DNA of 46,013 bases from an uncultured virus (IMG/VR IMGVR_UViG_3300037295_000360) (Duplodnaviria; Heunggongvirae; Uroviricota; Caudoviricetes): positions 124,001-170,013 of the IMG/VR virus record IMGVR_UViG_3300037295_000360; one strand, given 5' to 3'. The notes below the pieces were generated by a model. The model had not been told where the DNA came from. It did not search any database and was given only the letters and a program-made list of their open reading frames with translations. This document shows, one piece after another, positions 27,557 through 37,301 of this stretch; within the stretch, counting starts at the first letter, position 1; each line of letters begins with the position of its first letter. The position numbers were made by a program, and so were the translations under genes.

Positions 27557-28753
27557 ATGACAATAGATGAATTAATACTAAAACCAGAAGAAAATCTAAC
27601 ACAAGAGGAGATTAAAATATTGGTTGAACATTATTCAATGATGTCAGCTAAATATACGGCATATGAACAGGCAGTTAAGGTAATGCTTAACTCAATATAT
27701 GGTGCATTTGGAAATAAATGGTTTCACTTTTTTAACATAGACATTGCTGAATCTATTACACTACAGGGTCAATCCGCCATTTTATACTCAGAAAAAATTC
27801 TTAATAAGTATTTTCATGAATTTTGGCTTAAAGATAAGCAAGTGCATTCTCATTTTAATATTTCTATTAAGAATAAACTAGTAAGACCATCTGTTGTTTA
27901 TATTGACACCGATTCGGCATATGTTCAATTCGAAGAAATGTATGAATCTATTGAGTGGAATGATGATTCTATGTCAATAGATAAGTTTATTATGGAATTA
28001 TATAACTTTAGACTTAAGGATTACATTTTTAAGTGTATGGAAAAGTATTCAGAAGCAACAAATACTGAAAATTTTCTTGTATTTGAATTAGAAACAATAG
28101 CATATTCAGGAATATGGTTAGCTAAGAAAAAATATCTTCAAAATATAGCATGGGAAGACAGGCTTGACATTAATGATAGATATCCTTCACTTAAAAAAAT
28201 AAAAACAATAGGATTCGATACTATTCAAAGTTCAACACCTGCAATTGCAAGGAAGCATTTAACTGAAGCCCTTAAATTGATTCTTTCAGAAAAGCCAACA
28301 GCAGCTCTCCTAAAAAGATTAGTAGATTATTTAAAACAATGTAAAAAAGAATTTCAGCTCGCAGATATAGATGAAATTTGCTTCAACAAAAGAACTAATA
28401 ACATTGATAAGTATATTTTAGATGACACTGTTGAATTCCAGTATGGCTTAAAATGCCCATCTAATGTCAAGGCGGCAGGTTTTTATAATTTTCTAATGAA
28501 TAACAATCCAAAATATAAAAACAAGTACAAGATGATTGGTAACGGTGAAAAACTTAGACTGTATCATTGTAAACATACTACTTGTGAAATATTTGCATAT
28601 CAACCAGGTGCTCATCCATATGAAATAGCACCACTTGTAGATTATGAACTACAATTTGAAAAAAGCGTAATTGATCCGTTAAACAGAGTTCTTTCAGCGG
28701 TAGGATTACATACACTAAACAGAAATTTAATTTATTCAACATCATTATTTTAA
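27557..28753 (+). CDS. gp43: Family B DNA polymerase, C-terminal subunit
   Basis: Motif B KVMLNSIYGAFG, ITLQGQ, motif C YIDTDS, KKKY, QSSTP and C-terminal TSLF. Confidence 0.93.
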   Translation: MTIDELILKPEENLTQEEIKILVEHYSMMSAKYTAYEQAVKVMLNSIYGAFGNKWFHFFNIDIAESITLQGQSAILYSEKILNKYFHEFWLKDKQVHSHFNISIKNKLVRPSVVYIDTDSAYVQFEEMYESIEWNDDSMSIDKFIMELYNFRLKDYIFKCMEKYSEATNTENFLVFELETIAYSGIWLAKKKYLQNIAWEDRLDINDRYPSLKKIKTIGFDTIQSSTPAIARKHLTEALKLILSEKPTAALLKRLVDYLKQCKKEFQLADIDEICFNKRTNNIDKYILDDTVEFQYGLKCPSNVKAAGFYNFLMNNNPKYKNKYKMIGNGEKLRLYHCKHTTCEIFAYQPGAHPYEIAPLVDYELQFEKSVIDPLNRVLSAVGLHTLNRNLIYSTSLF

Positions 28754-28755
28754 AC

Positions 28756-28920
28756 ATGGAAATAGACAGCAAAAATTTAACAGAAGAACAATACGAGATA
28801 GTAAAAAAATATCAAAGTATTACTAAAAAACTTGAAAGTCTTCAAACTAAAATGCAGGCGATACAAGATGAGGCACAATCACTCATGACAGAGCTTGAAG
28901 AATTAAGAATAAAATATTAG
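28756..28920 (+). CDS. 54-aa coiled-coil protein, not in the track
   Basis: MEIDSKNLTEEQYEIVKKYQ...LEELRIKY fills the polymerase-uvsX gap; heptad pattern. Confidence 0.7.
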   Translation: MEIDSKNLTEEQYEIVKKYQSITKKLESLQTKMQAIQDEAQSLMTELEELRIKY

Positions 28921-28936
28921 AAAATAAAGAAAATAT

Positions 28937-29893
28937 ATGGCAAAAAATAAATTTACATTCGATGACTTAAACGCAGAATTAGCAGGATTAAACCCCTTAG
29001 GTTCTGTTATGGACCAATCAAATTTTTCTGAAGTAACAGAATGGATTCACACTGGAAATTATCATTTAAACGCATGTCTTTCTGGTTCGGTATGGGGAGG
29101 ATGGCCTAATAACCGTTCTTGTTCAATAGCAGGACCATCTGGTACTGGAAAAACCTTTCTTACATTAAATTCAGTTCGAGAAGCAATTAACATGGGATAT
29201 TATGTTATTTATTATGATTCAGAAGCTGCAGTAGATAAAGACCAAATGAAAAAGTTTGGTATTGATATTAGTAAAGTAAATTATCAGCCTGTAAATACTG
29301 TACAGGCGTTTAGGACTTCAATCACTACTATTACTCAAAAAATGCAAGAGGTAAAAAGAAAAGGTGGAGAAGTACAAAAAATCATGATTATTCTTGATTC
29401 AGCAGGTAACCTTGCGACTGCAAAGGAAATTGATGATGCAACCAGTGGAAGTGAAAAGGCAGATATGACTAGATCTAAGATTTTAAAATCTATTTTTAGA
29501 ATCATAATGACTCCGCTTGCTGATTTAAAAATTCCATTTTTGTTTACTAATCATACTTATCAAACACAAGACTTTATTTCAAGACAAGTTGCAGGTGGAG
29601 GTTGTTTAGTTCCAGGATCTAAAGTGAGAATGTTCGATAACACCCTAAAGAACATAGAAGATATAGTAGAAGGTGATTCAGTTCTTACATTAAATGGAGG
29701 TATGGAAATAGAAAACACATGGACGTTTGAAAAGAAAACATACCGAATAGAATTTGAAGATAATACGATCATAGAATGTTCTGAAGATCATAGATTTTTT
29801 ACAGGTAATGTTGAAGACGATCCATTAGATGACAATAATTGGATATTAGCAAGAGATTTAGTAAAAAACAATGAAGTGTCTAGATATATATAA
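28937..29893 (+). CDS. uvsX: UvsX/RecA N-fragment fused to N-intein (96 aa, 29603-29890)
   Basis: GPSGTGKT, YDSE, ILDS, TNHTY and GGG|CLVPGSKV; block B CSEDH. Confidence 0.93.
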   Translation: MAKNKFTFDDLNAELAGLNPLGSVMDQSNFSEVTEWIHTGNYHLNACLSGSVWGGWPNNRSCSIAGPSGTGKTFLTLNSVREAINMGYYVIYYDSEAAVDKDQMKKFGIDISKVNYQPVNTVQAFRTSITTITQKMQEVKRKGGEVQKIMIILDSAGNLATAKEIDDATSGSEKADMTRSKILKSIFRIIMTPLADLKIPFLFTNHTYQTQDFISRQVAGGGCLVPGSKVRMFDNTLKNIEDIVEGDSVLTLNGGMEIENTWTFEKKTYRIEFEDNTIIECSEDHRFFTGNVEDDPLDDNNWILARDLVKNNEVSRYI

Positions 29894-29947
29894 CAGGTGG
29901 TGGTTAACAGCCACCTATTATCTAACAAAAAATTGAAACTACTAAAA

Positions 29948-30940
29948 ATGCCAGTACTTAAGAAATATATTAATCCAACATATGATGAATTTAAGAAACT
30001 TTTAAATACTCATTATAATGACATGAATATCAATAACGAAGAACATTTTTTAGAGATGTTTAGTTTCGTTTATTCTAATGAAATAAAAGGAGTATGTGGA
30101 TTTAAATTAGAATGTCAAAAATTTTTTAAACAGAAAAGGAATGGTAAAGCAGTTTCTAAATTAAGCACATCATATTGGAATTCCAGGGGATATGATAATG
30201 AATACGCTACCTTAAAAATAAGTGAATTACAAAGAAAAAACAGTAATGTATGTAATTCACATTGGACGGATAAAGGGTATAATCAGATTGAAGCAACTTT
30301 AATGGTAGCTAATGAACAATCTAGAAGATCCAACTTGCGATATACTAAATATGATAAACATGAAATTAGTAGACAGTCAGTATGGTCTATCGAATATTGG
30401 AAAAACATAGGTTTTTCTGAAGAAGAAGCAAAATACGAGGCACATAAAAGGAATTATGGTTGCAGAGAATTCTGGTCTAGTGAAAGTGAATACGATACTA
30501 TTAAAGCAATAATATCTAAAAAACAAAGTAACTTTATAAAAAATAATCCAGAAAAATTTGCATCTTTTTTCGGAAGCGTGTCTAAGGAGGAAGTTGTATT
30601 TTTCAATAATATCGTAAAATCTATTGATAATATAAAACATACTGAATTTATAGTTAACATACAGAAATCTGAAGAGTTAAATCAAGGTATAATAAAATAT
30701 GATGGCTATTTTAAAGACGAGGATTCATTAATTCTTATAGAATATGATGGGTTATATTGGCACAATCAAATATACGATGAAATAAAGGACAGAATATGTC
30801 TAGAATTTAGAAATGATATTACTGGAATTATTAGAGTAAGTGACAATTCATACAAGAATAATACAAAAACAATAAAATTAATAAAAGATGCAATTAAACA
30901 AATTAAAAATAAAGAGTGTAACCGAGTTAAAATCTACTAA
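29948..30940 (+). CDS. Free-standing Vsr/EDxHD-like PD-(D/E)xK homing endonuclease
   Basis: SKEE...YDGY...IEYDGLYWH...D; N-terminal (Y/H)W...G(Y/F)....A repeats. Start uncertain (GTG 29897 or ATG 29948). Confidence 0.8.
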   Translation: MPVLKKYINPTYDEFKKLLNTHYNDMNINNEEHFLEMFSFVYSNEIKGVCGFKLECQKFFKQKRNGKAVSKLSTSYWNSRGYDNEYATLKISELQRKNSNVCNSHWTDKGYNQIEATLMVANEQSRRSNLRYTKYDKHEISRQSVWSIEYWKNIGFSEEEAKYEAHKRNYGCREFWSSESEYDTIKAIISKKQSNFIKNNPEKFASFFGSVSKEEVVFFNNIVKSIDNIKHTEFIVNIQKSEELNQGIIKYDGYFKDEDSLILIEYDGLYWHNQIYDEIKDRICLEFRNDITGIIRVSDNSYKNNTKTIKLIKDAIKQIKNKECNRVKIY

Positions 30941-31460
30941 AGTACATGATTTAACAGTAAGAGATGTTCAACATTATATTACTGAAAATGGAGTAATACA
31001 TCACAATACAGGTCCGGAGTATGCCGCTTCTATTGTTCTTATGTTAACTAAAGCACAATTAAAGGATGGCACTGAAAAGGTTGGTATTATTGTAACGGCA
31101 AAACCTGATAAAAATAGATTTGCTAAGCCACATCCTATTAAGTTTCATTTAGATTTTACCAAAGGTATGAATCCGTATGTTGGCCTAGAGCAATACGCAA
31201 CATGGGATATCTGTGGAATCACAAGAGGTTCTATAGAAAAAGGAGTTAAAACACCAAAGGCAACAGCACGCGGATGGATCTGCCAGCACCTAGATGAAGT
31301 AGTTACAAACTCTGAATTTTTTAGTGAAAAGGTATTTACAAAGGAGATATTAGAAAAAATAAATATTCATATTAAGCCCCTTTTTAACTATAATACCGAA
31401 AGCGATAATATAGATAACGAAATCGGAGCTTTACTTGATGAAAATTTAACAAACGAATAA
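30888..31460 (+). CDS. uvsX: C-intein (40 aa, 30888-31007) fused to UvsX C-fragment
   Basis: VHDLTV..VQHYITENGVIHHN|TGPEYAAS, KNRF and G.NPY.GL. Confidence 0.93.
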   Translation: MQLNKLKIKSVTELKSTKVHDLTVRDVQHYITENGVIHHNTGPEYAASIVLMLTKAQLKDGTEKVGIIVTAKPDKNRFAKPHPIKFHLDFTKGMNPYVGLEQYATWDICGITRGSIEKGVKTPKATARGWICQHLDEVVTNSEFFSEKVFTKEILEKINIHIKPLFNYNTESDNIDNEIGALLDENLTNE

Positions 31461-31461
31461 A

Positions 31462-31773
31462 ATGGAAGTTAGTCTTATGTCATATAATGAAGATAAACTA
31501 CCTATAAAATATATACTAGGCATACAAGGGGAACTTGAAAACTTCCCTGATGCCTTTGATATAATTTACATTTATTTATCTGAAACAATAAACCGTCCAA
31601 GTAGACCGATGCATAATTTTACAAAACCATCATTGATTAAATATCATGCTAAAGGAAATATATTTAATGTCGAAAAGGGACTGACTCAAGCAATATCTCT
31701 TGGACTAATAGAGCAAACTAAATTTGAAGAAGGAAAGGAATCGTATACAATAATAATAAATCCATTTCAATAA
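31462..31773 (+). CDS. Hypothetical protein, possible winged helix
   Basis: IIYIYL...VEKGL..AI..GLIE...Y.I resembles a winged-helix recognition helix and wing. Confidence 0.5.
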   Translation: MEVSLMSYNEDKLPIKYILGIQGELENFPDAFDIIYIYLSETINRPSRPMHNFTKPSLIKYHAKGNIFNVEKGLTQAISLGLIEQTKFEEGKESYTIIINPFQ

Positions 31774-31780
31774 GATACAT

Positions 31781-31873
31781 TGTTCAACATTTACATCTGT
31801 TCAACCACAATGAACATTCAAATATAATGAACATTCAGATATAATGAAACTTAGTCCTATAATACATTATAAT
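31781..31873. repeat. 17-bp periodic inverted array (TGTTCA x2, TGAACA x2) running into a TGAAAC-N17-TATAAT promoter
   Basis: TGTTCA at 31781 and 31798; TGAACA at 31811 and 31828; TGAAAC at 31845; TATAAT at 31868. Confidence 0.8.
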
Positions 31874-31889
31874 TAAAAACAAATAACAA

Positions 31890-33203
31890 ATGAAATTCGG
31901 ACAAGATTTTGAAAAAATATTCTTTCAGTTAGCTTTAGCAAAACCAAAATACCTAGAAAAAATACATAAAGGGTTCTATACATCAGATGAAATAGACACC
32001 ATGCATTTTTTAGCAACTAAATTCTACGAAAAATTCCATGAATCACCAAAGGCAGAACAAATGAAAATTTTAGTTCAAAGTCCTAAATTCAAAGGTAAGG
32101 TAGAAGAATCAATAATTGAATTAGTATATAAGACAGATCTAACTCAATATGATGAAGAGTGGTTAGTATCAACGGCTGAAGCATGGATTAAATGGAGAAC
32201 ATTCGATACAACTTTAATCGATACCATTGAATATATTAAGACAACTGAAGTTACTCCTGAAAATGCAGATCAAATTATATCTAAAGTAAAAAGCTTAATT
32301 AATGACAGGAACTCTATTGTATTTAATTCAGATATTGGATTAGATTTCTTTAATGTTGACGATCACTATCAAGAAGGAAGAGTAAAGGTTTCAACTGGAT
32401 ATAATTTCTTAGATAGACTGCTTACTGGTGGATATGATAAAGATGGATCTTTAGTAGTTTATGTCGGTGAGCAAAATATTGGAAAATCGATTTATCTAGC
32501 AAATGACGCTGCAAACTTTGTTAAAATGGGAGTTAACACTGCATTTGTTTCAGCAGAGATGGCAGCACATAAGGTTCTTAAAAGAATAGGAGCAAACTTG
32601 TTAACCATTCCAATGAGTGAATATGATATTAAAGCACAAAATAAAGATTTAATCAAAAGAAAGTTAGAAAACGTAGGAAATGGATTAACACCACCAGGTC
32701 AATTATTTGTTAAACAATTTCCAACATCACAAGCAACTGTACCTGATATTGAAGCATACTTAAAGCAAATTGAAGAAGAAAGAAAAATAAAATTAAGCTG
32801 TGTAGTCATTGACTATATTAATATTTTAGCGAATTATAGAAATCCAAATTCTGAAAATATGTACTTAAAAATTAAGCAAATTGCAGAAGATTTAAGAGCT
32901 ATGGGAGTTAGAAACGGCTGGCTAATAGTAACTGCAACCCAGATCAACAGAAACAATTATAATTCTAGTGATATTGGAATGGGTGATGTTGCAGAATCCG
33001 CAGGACTTTCTCATACAGCAGATTTAATGCTTGGAATTATTCAAGACGATATGATGCGTGCAAGTAGCGAATATTGGCTTAAGGTTTTAAAGATTAGAGA
33101 TGGTGAAGGTAAAGGAGTAAAATGTAGATTAAATATAAACTATCAATATATGCGTCTTACTGAAACCGAAGATGTTACAAATTCAAATATACATAATTTA
33201 TAA
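31890..33203 (+). CDS. gp41: Replicative DnaB-like helicase
   Basis: GEQNIGKS, SAEM, VIDYINI, AEDLR, TATQ.NR, AES.GL.HTAD and LKIRDG. Confidence 0.95.
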   Translation: MKFGQDFEKIFFQLALAKPKYLEKIHKGFYTSDEIDTMHFLATKFYEKFHESPKAEQMKILVQSPKFKGKVEESIIELVYKTDLTQYDEEWLVSTAEAWIKWRTFDTTLIDTIEYIKTTEVTPENADQIISKVKSLINDRNSIVFNSDIGLDFFNVDDHYQEGRVKVSTGYNFLDRLLTGGYDKDGSLVVYVGEQNIGKSIYLANDAANFVKMGVNTAFVSAEMAAHKVLKRIGANLLTIPMSEYDIKAQNKDLIKRKLENVGNGLTPPGQLFVKQFPTSQATVPDIEAYLKQIEEERKIKLSCVVIDYINILANYRNPNSENMYLKIKQIAEDLRAMGVRNGWLIVTATQINRNNYNSSDIGMGDVAESAGLSHTADLMLGIIQDDMMRASSEYWLKVLKIRDGEGKGVKCRLNINYQYMRLTETEDVTNSNIHNL

Positions 33204-33205
33204 AT

Positions 33206-33646
33206 ATGAAAGAGAGAGATAAAATATTCGATAATACATTTGAAGAAAGCAGTTTTGAAATAGATCCTACATTTTCATTTAATATAGCCCCTAGTCATAC
33301 CGATAATCGAGACGAGGAAGACAAAATAGAAAATAAAATAATTATTGCTAAAATTCACGAACTAATAGAATCTTCTAGGTTTAAGCATTTTAATAATATT
33401 AATGAATTTAATCAAACGATTAAATTAAAAAAAATAGAAATAAATGAAATTTATGAGTATATTTCAGATGAGCTTAGACCTAATCATTCAATAATTGAAA
33501 TATATTCAGAAACATGTGATTATTTTAATGTAAATCCAACAAAATTCTATCAGTCACTTGGCAATAAATTTAAAGAAGAATTAATAGAGGTACTAGATAG
33601 AAAAACAAATGTACTAAAGAAAAAGAATATAAATAGATTATTCTAA
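33206..33646 (+). CDS. Possible late-transcription coactivator (gp33-like C-domain)
   Basis: IIEIYSETCDYFNV...L...FKEEL resembles the gp33 helical core; ends RLF. Confidence 0.4.
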   Translation: MKERDKIFDNTFEESSFEIDPTFSFNIAPSHTDNRDEEDKIENKIIIAKIHELIESSRFKHFNNINEFNQTIKLKKIEINEIYEYISDELRPNHSIIEIYSETCDYFNVNPTKFYQSLGNKFKEELIEVLDRKTNVLKKKNINRLF

Positions 33647-33649
33647 ACA

Positions 33650-34762
33650 ATGATAGAGCAAGCAATATTAGACAAACCTGTAAAAAGAATTTGGATTTTA
33701 GGAGATATGCATTTAGGTGTTCGTTCAAGCTCATTAGAATGGCTAGAAATGCAAAGGGACTTTTATGATAATCAATTCATTCCTACTCTTCTAGAAAATT
33801 TTAAAGATGGAGATATTCTAGTTCAAGTAGGTGATATATTCGACAACAGACAAAGTGTAAATATTAAAGTTTTACATTATGTAATAGACCTATTTGAAAG
33901 ATTAGGTAAAATAATGCCAACATATGCTATTGCAGGTAATCATGATATATGGGCAAAGAAAAGCAATGAAGTAAGTTCTATTGATATCTTAAAGTGGATT
34001 CCTAACGTTTCTATTTATAAAGAACCAAAAACATTTAATTGGGGTGGTAGAGAAGTTCTTTTAATGCCATGGAGAAGAGACACTCAACATGAAGTGGAAA
34101 CTCTTAAGGAATATCCAACCGCTGAAATACTATTTTGTCATTCTGAGGTTAGAGGTATTAAACTAAACAGAAAGGTAGATAATCAACATGGAGTTGACTC
34201 TGAATCATATGATAGATTTACTGCAGTTTTTTCAGGACACATCCATTATAGACAAAGAAGAGGCAAACTTAGAATGGTTGGCACTCCATACGAACTAACT
34301 AGATCGGATATGGATAATACTAAAGGCTTTGATTTGGTTAATTTAGAGGACATGCAAGAAACGTTTTTTGAAAATACTATATCACCAAAGTTTGTTAAAT
34401 TTTATTTAACACAAGTGTATAATATGCCTCTAGGAACCTTTAAAGATGCCATCAGAAACAACTATGTAGATCTATATGTTCCTTCTAATGTTGCAACAAC
34501 ATCTGCACTTTCAAGACTTATTAATAAAGTACAAAAAATTAGCAGAAAAATAGATCCAAACATATATGAACAAGATACTTTTATTGATGAAGATCTTTTA
34601 GATATGGAGCAAATCGAAGATCTTTATAAAAATTATAATATTCTTCATTTATGTAATATGTATGTTGATAATTTACAACATAATGATGCAGTCAAATTAC
34701 AAATAAAGGATAGATTAAAGAAACTTCATGACTTTCATGCATATAATAATCAAACAGATTAA
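33650..34762 (+). CDS. gp47: Mre11/SbcD-like recombination nuclease
   Basis: GDMHLG, GDIFD, GNHD, FCH, SGHIH and GTPY. Confidence 0.95.
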   Translation: MIEQAILDKPVKRIWILGDMHLGVRSSSLEWLEMQRDFYDNQFIPTLLENFKDGDILVQVGDIFDNRQSVNIKVLHYVIDLFERLGKIMPTYAIAGNHDIWAKKSNEVSSIDILKWIPNVSIYKEPKTFNWGGREVLLMPWRRDTQHEVETLKEYPTAEILFCHSEVRGIKLNRKVDNQHGVDSESYDRFTAVFSGHIHYRQRRGKLRMVGTPYELTRSDMDNTKGFDLVNLEDMQETFFENTISPKFVKFYLTQVYNMPLGTFKDAIRNNYVDLYVPSNVATTSALSRLINKVQKISRKIDPNIYEQDTFIDEDLLDMEQIEDLYKNYNILHLCNMYVDNLQHNDAVKLQIKDRLKKLHDFHAYNNQTD

Positions 34763-34765
34763 ATT

Positions 34766-36439
34766 ATGAAAATACAAAGCATTGAACTAAAAAACTTTGC
34801 ATCATATGGAAATAAGATTCAAAGAATAGAATTTGATAAAGACAAATCTCAATTATTTTTAACACTTGGAAAAAATGGTGAAGGTAAAACAACTATTGCT
34901 AATGCAATAGTTTTTGCTTTATATGGTAAAGTAGAAGGAGTAAAATTATCTGATCTTCCAAACCGAATTAATAAGGAGTTATGGGTAAGAATTAAACTTC
35001 AATGTAAATCAACTAACGTTGTAATTGAAAGAGGACTAGCACCTGGTATTTTTAAAGTTGAATTAAATGGAATTGAATTCGATAAGGCAGGTAAAAAATC
35101 AGTTCAAGATTATCTTGAAGAAGAAATATTTGGGATTCCATATCATGTATTTAAAAACATCATTATTCTTTCAGTTAATGATTTTAAATCATTTTTAACA
35201 ATGAATAATAATGATAAAAGACAGATCATTGACAAGATGTTTGGTTTTTCTATTCTTAATGAAATGCAAAATGCAATTAGAGAAGAAAGAAAATTACTCA
35301 AAGGCGATATAGATTCATTTAGTAGGGAATTAATTCAAATAAGTAATAACATACTTTCGGTAAAGGAAAAGCTTGAAATTTTAATGGTAGAAAGTCAAGC
35401 AAAAGACAAACAAAAAATACAAGAACTTAAAGATACTTTAGTAAAATACAATGATAATAAAAATAAACTAGAAGATGCACAATTAAAAATATCTGAAAGC
35501 ATAGGAACGTTGTCAATGGATCTAAGGGTTAAACAATCAGATGAATCTGATTTTAAATACAAGCTTGCCGAAATTAAGAAAAAGCTTGTATTATATGAAA
35601 ATAATACATGTCCAACATGTGCAAGTGCATTAAGTAATGAATTCCATATTGACAGAAAAAAAGAACTTATTAATGAATTAGAATTAATTCCAAGCAAATT
35701 AACAGATGCTACTGATTTGGTATGTAAGGTATCACGTGATATTAATGAACTAAGACAAAAGGATAGAGCAGTACAGGACAAGGTTTCTACTTTAAATACT
35801 AATATTCGAATGTTTAAAAATGAACTTATTAAAATAAGAGATTCAATTAAAGGAACAGCCGACTTTTCACATTTAGAACAGATTATAAGCGACTTTGAAA
35901 AACAAGAATTAGAAAAAGGTTCATTTAAGGATATTAAATCAATTGACTTTGGATTCTTAGAACTGATAGAAGATGTATTAGGTGAAGATGGAGTTAAAAA
36001 TCTAGCAATTAAAACTATTTTACCGGGATTAAATGCAAACATATCATCGATGGTGCAAATTATGCACTTACATTTTCACATAAGATTTGATGAAAAGTTT
36101 AATTGTATAATCAATCATTTAGGAGAAGAAATTAATCCATTAACATTATCAACAGGTGAACGTAAAAAGGCAGATTTTATCATAATTATAGCAATTATTA
36201 AGATTTTAAAATTAAGATTTCCACAATTAAATTTACTATTCTTAGATGAATTATTGAGTTCAGTAGATGCAGATGGAATACATAACATATTAAAGATCTT
36301 AAGTCAAGTAATTAAAGAAAGTAAAATAAATACATTTGTAATTAATCACACCCCATTGCCTAGAGAAATTTTTGATGCAGAGGTTCAAATTTACAGAGAA
36401 AATGGTTTTTCAAAGTTTGATGTTATTAAAATTGATTAA
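34766..36439 (+). CDS. gp46: Rad50/SbcC-like ATPase
   Basis: KNF.SYG, GKNGEGKT, coiled coil with CPTC hook, LSTGE, LDE and H-loop. Confidence 0.95.
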   Translation: MKIQSIELKNFASYGNKIQRIEFDKDKSQLFLTLGKNGEGKTTIANAIVFALYGKVEGVKLSDLPNRINKELWVRIKLQCKSTNVVIERGLAPGIFKVELNGIEFDKAGKKSVQDYLEEEIFGIPYHVFKNIIILSVNDFKSFLTMNNNDKRQIIDKMFGFSILNEMQNAIREERKLLKGDIDSFSRELIQISNNILSVKEKLEILMVESQAKDKQKIQELKDTLVKYNDNKNKLEDAQLKISESIGTLSMDLRVKQSDESDFKYKLAEIKKKLVLYENNTCPTCASALSNEFHIDRKKELINELELIPSKLTDATDLVCKVSRDINELRQKDRAVQDKVSTLNTNIRMFKNELIKIRDSIKGTADFSHLEQIISDFEKQELEKGSFKDIKSIDFGFLELIEDVLGEDGVKNLAIKTILPGLNANISSMVQIMHLHFHIRFDEKFNCIINHLGEEINPLTLSTGERKKADFIIIIAIIKILKLRFPQLNLLFLDELLSSVDADGIHNILKILSQVIKESKINTFVINHTPLPREIFDAEVQIYRENGFSKFDVIKID

Positions 36440-36469
36440 AGAGATATATAACTAAAAATAGAGATTTAA

Positions 36470-37252
36470 ATGTCAGTATATAATCAAAAATATAATTCCG
36501 ATGATAGTATTGTAAGACATCTTATTATCGGATTTCTTGCAGATTTAAATAACAAGGTATATTTTCATAGACAGATTTCAGCAAAGGAAAGAGTCATAAT
36601 TGATGTTCCTTTTTATTATTCTATATCAGGTGATGATCAATTCCTAAGAGATCAATTTTTATTTTCAACAGCTTCCGGACCATATTGCACACCAGACAAG
36701 GAGTATGCTGATGCCAACTATGATATCGTTCCAAGGGGCGTAGCTAATTTAACTTCTGTTAATATAGATGCATCTAAATTAGTTAACAAAAGAACAGTAG
36801 GTAGTTACACTAAATTAAACAGTGAAGGTGCTATGGAAGGTTATACTGCTGAATTTGATATGATTCCAATAACATTAGGGTTTGATGTTGAAATATTAGT
36901 TTCTTCTTCGATCGATTCATTAAAAATAACTGAATCTATTATTAAAAAACTATACAAATCAAATTATTATGATGTAGAGGTAGGACACCTAGACGAAGGC
37001 ACATATAGAATTTCATCATACTATGCATTTCCAGATGATTACACTCAAGAAAGACCACTTAATTTTACATTTGAAGATAAGGAGATGTATAAGGTTACAT
37101 TTGCTATTGAAATTAATTCATTCATTCCTTCATTTAGTTGGGGCAATGAACAAGGAGCAGATAGTACTGAAAGACATATTAGTAATCGAATGTATAATAT
37201 TGAATCTAATATTATAACAGGTGGCACATCAGACACTTCAATTATAGATTAA
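36470..37252 (+). CDS. Tail sheath stabilizer/terminator (gp15-like)
   Basis: IVRHLIIGF...IDVPFYY, VPR, D.SK and PITLGFDVEI; GATATATA at 36443. Confidence 0.65.
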   Translation: MSVYNQKYNSDDSIVRHLIIGFLADLNNKVYFHRQISAKERVIIDVPFYYSISGDDQFLRDQFLFSTASGPYCTPDKEYADANYDIVPRGVANLTSVNIDASKLVNKRTVGSYTKLNSEGAMEGYTAEFDMIPITLGFDVEILVSSSIDSLKITESIIKKLYKSNYYDVEVGHLDEGTYRISSYYAFPDDYTQERPLNFTFEDKEMYKVTFAIEINSFIPSFSWGNEQGADSTERHISNRMYNIESNIITGGTSDTSIID

Positions 37253-37301
37253 ACAATCTAAATTAAAAAGATATATAAATAAATAAATAAATTAAAATAA
37301 T

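Noticed and set aside
22400..27700. Intein at the polymerase split
   Set aside because: No Cys/Ser block A after the N-half and no HN-C/S/T before motif B.
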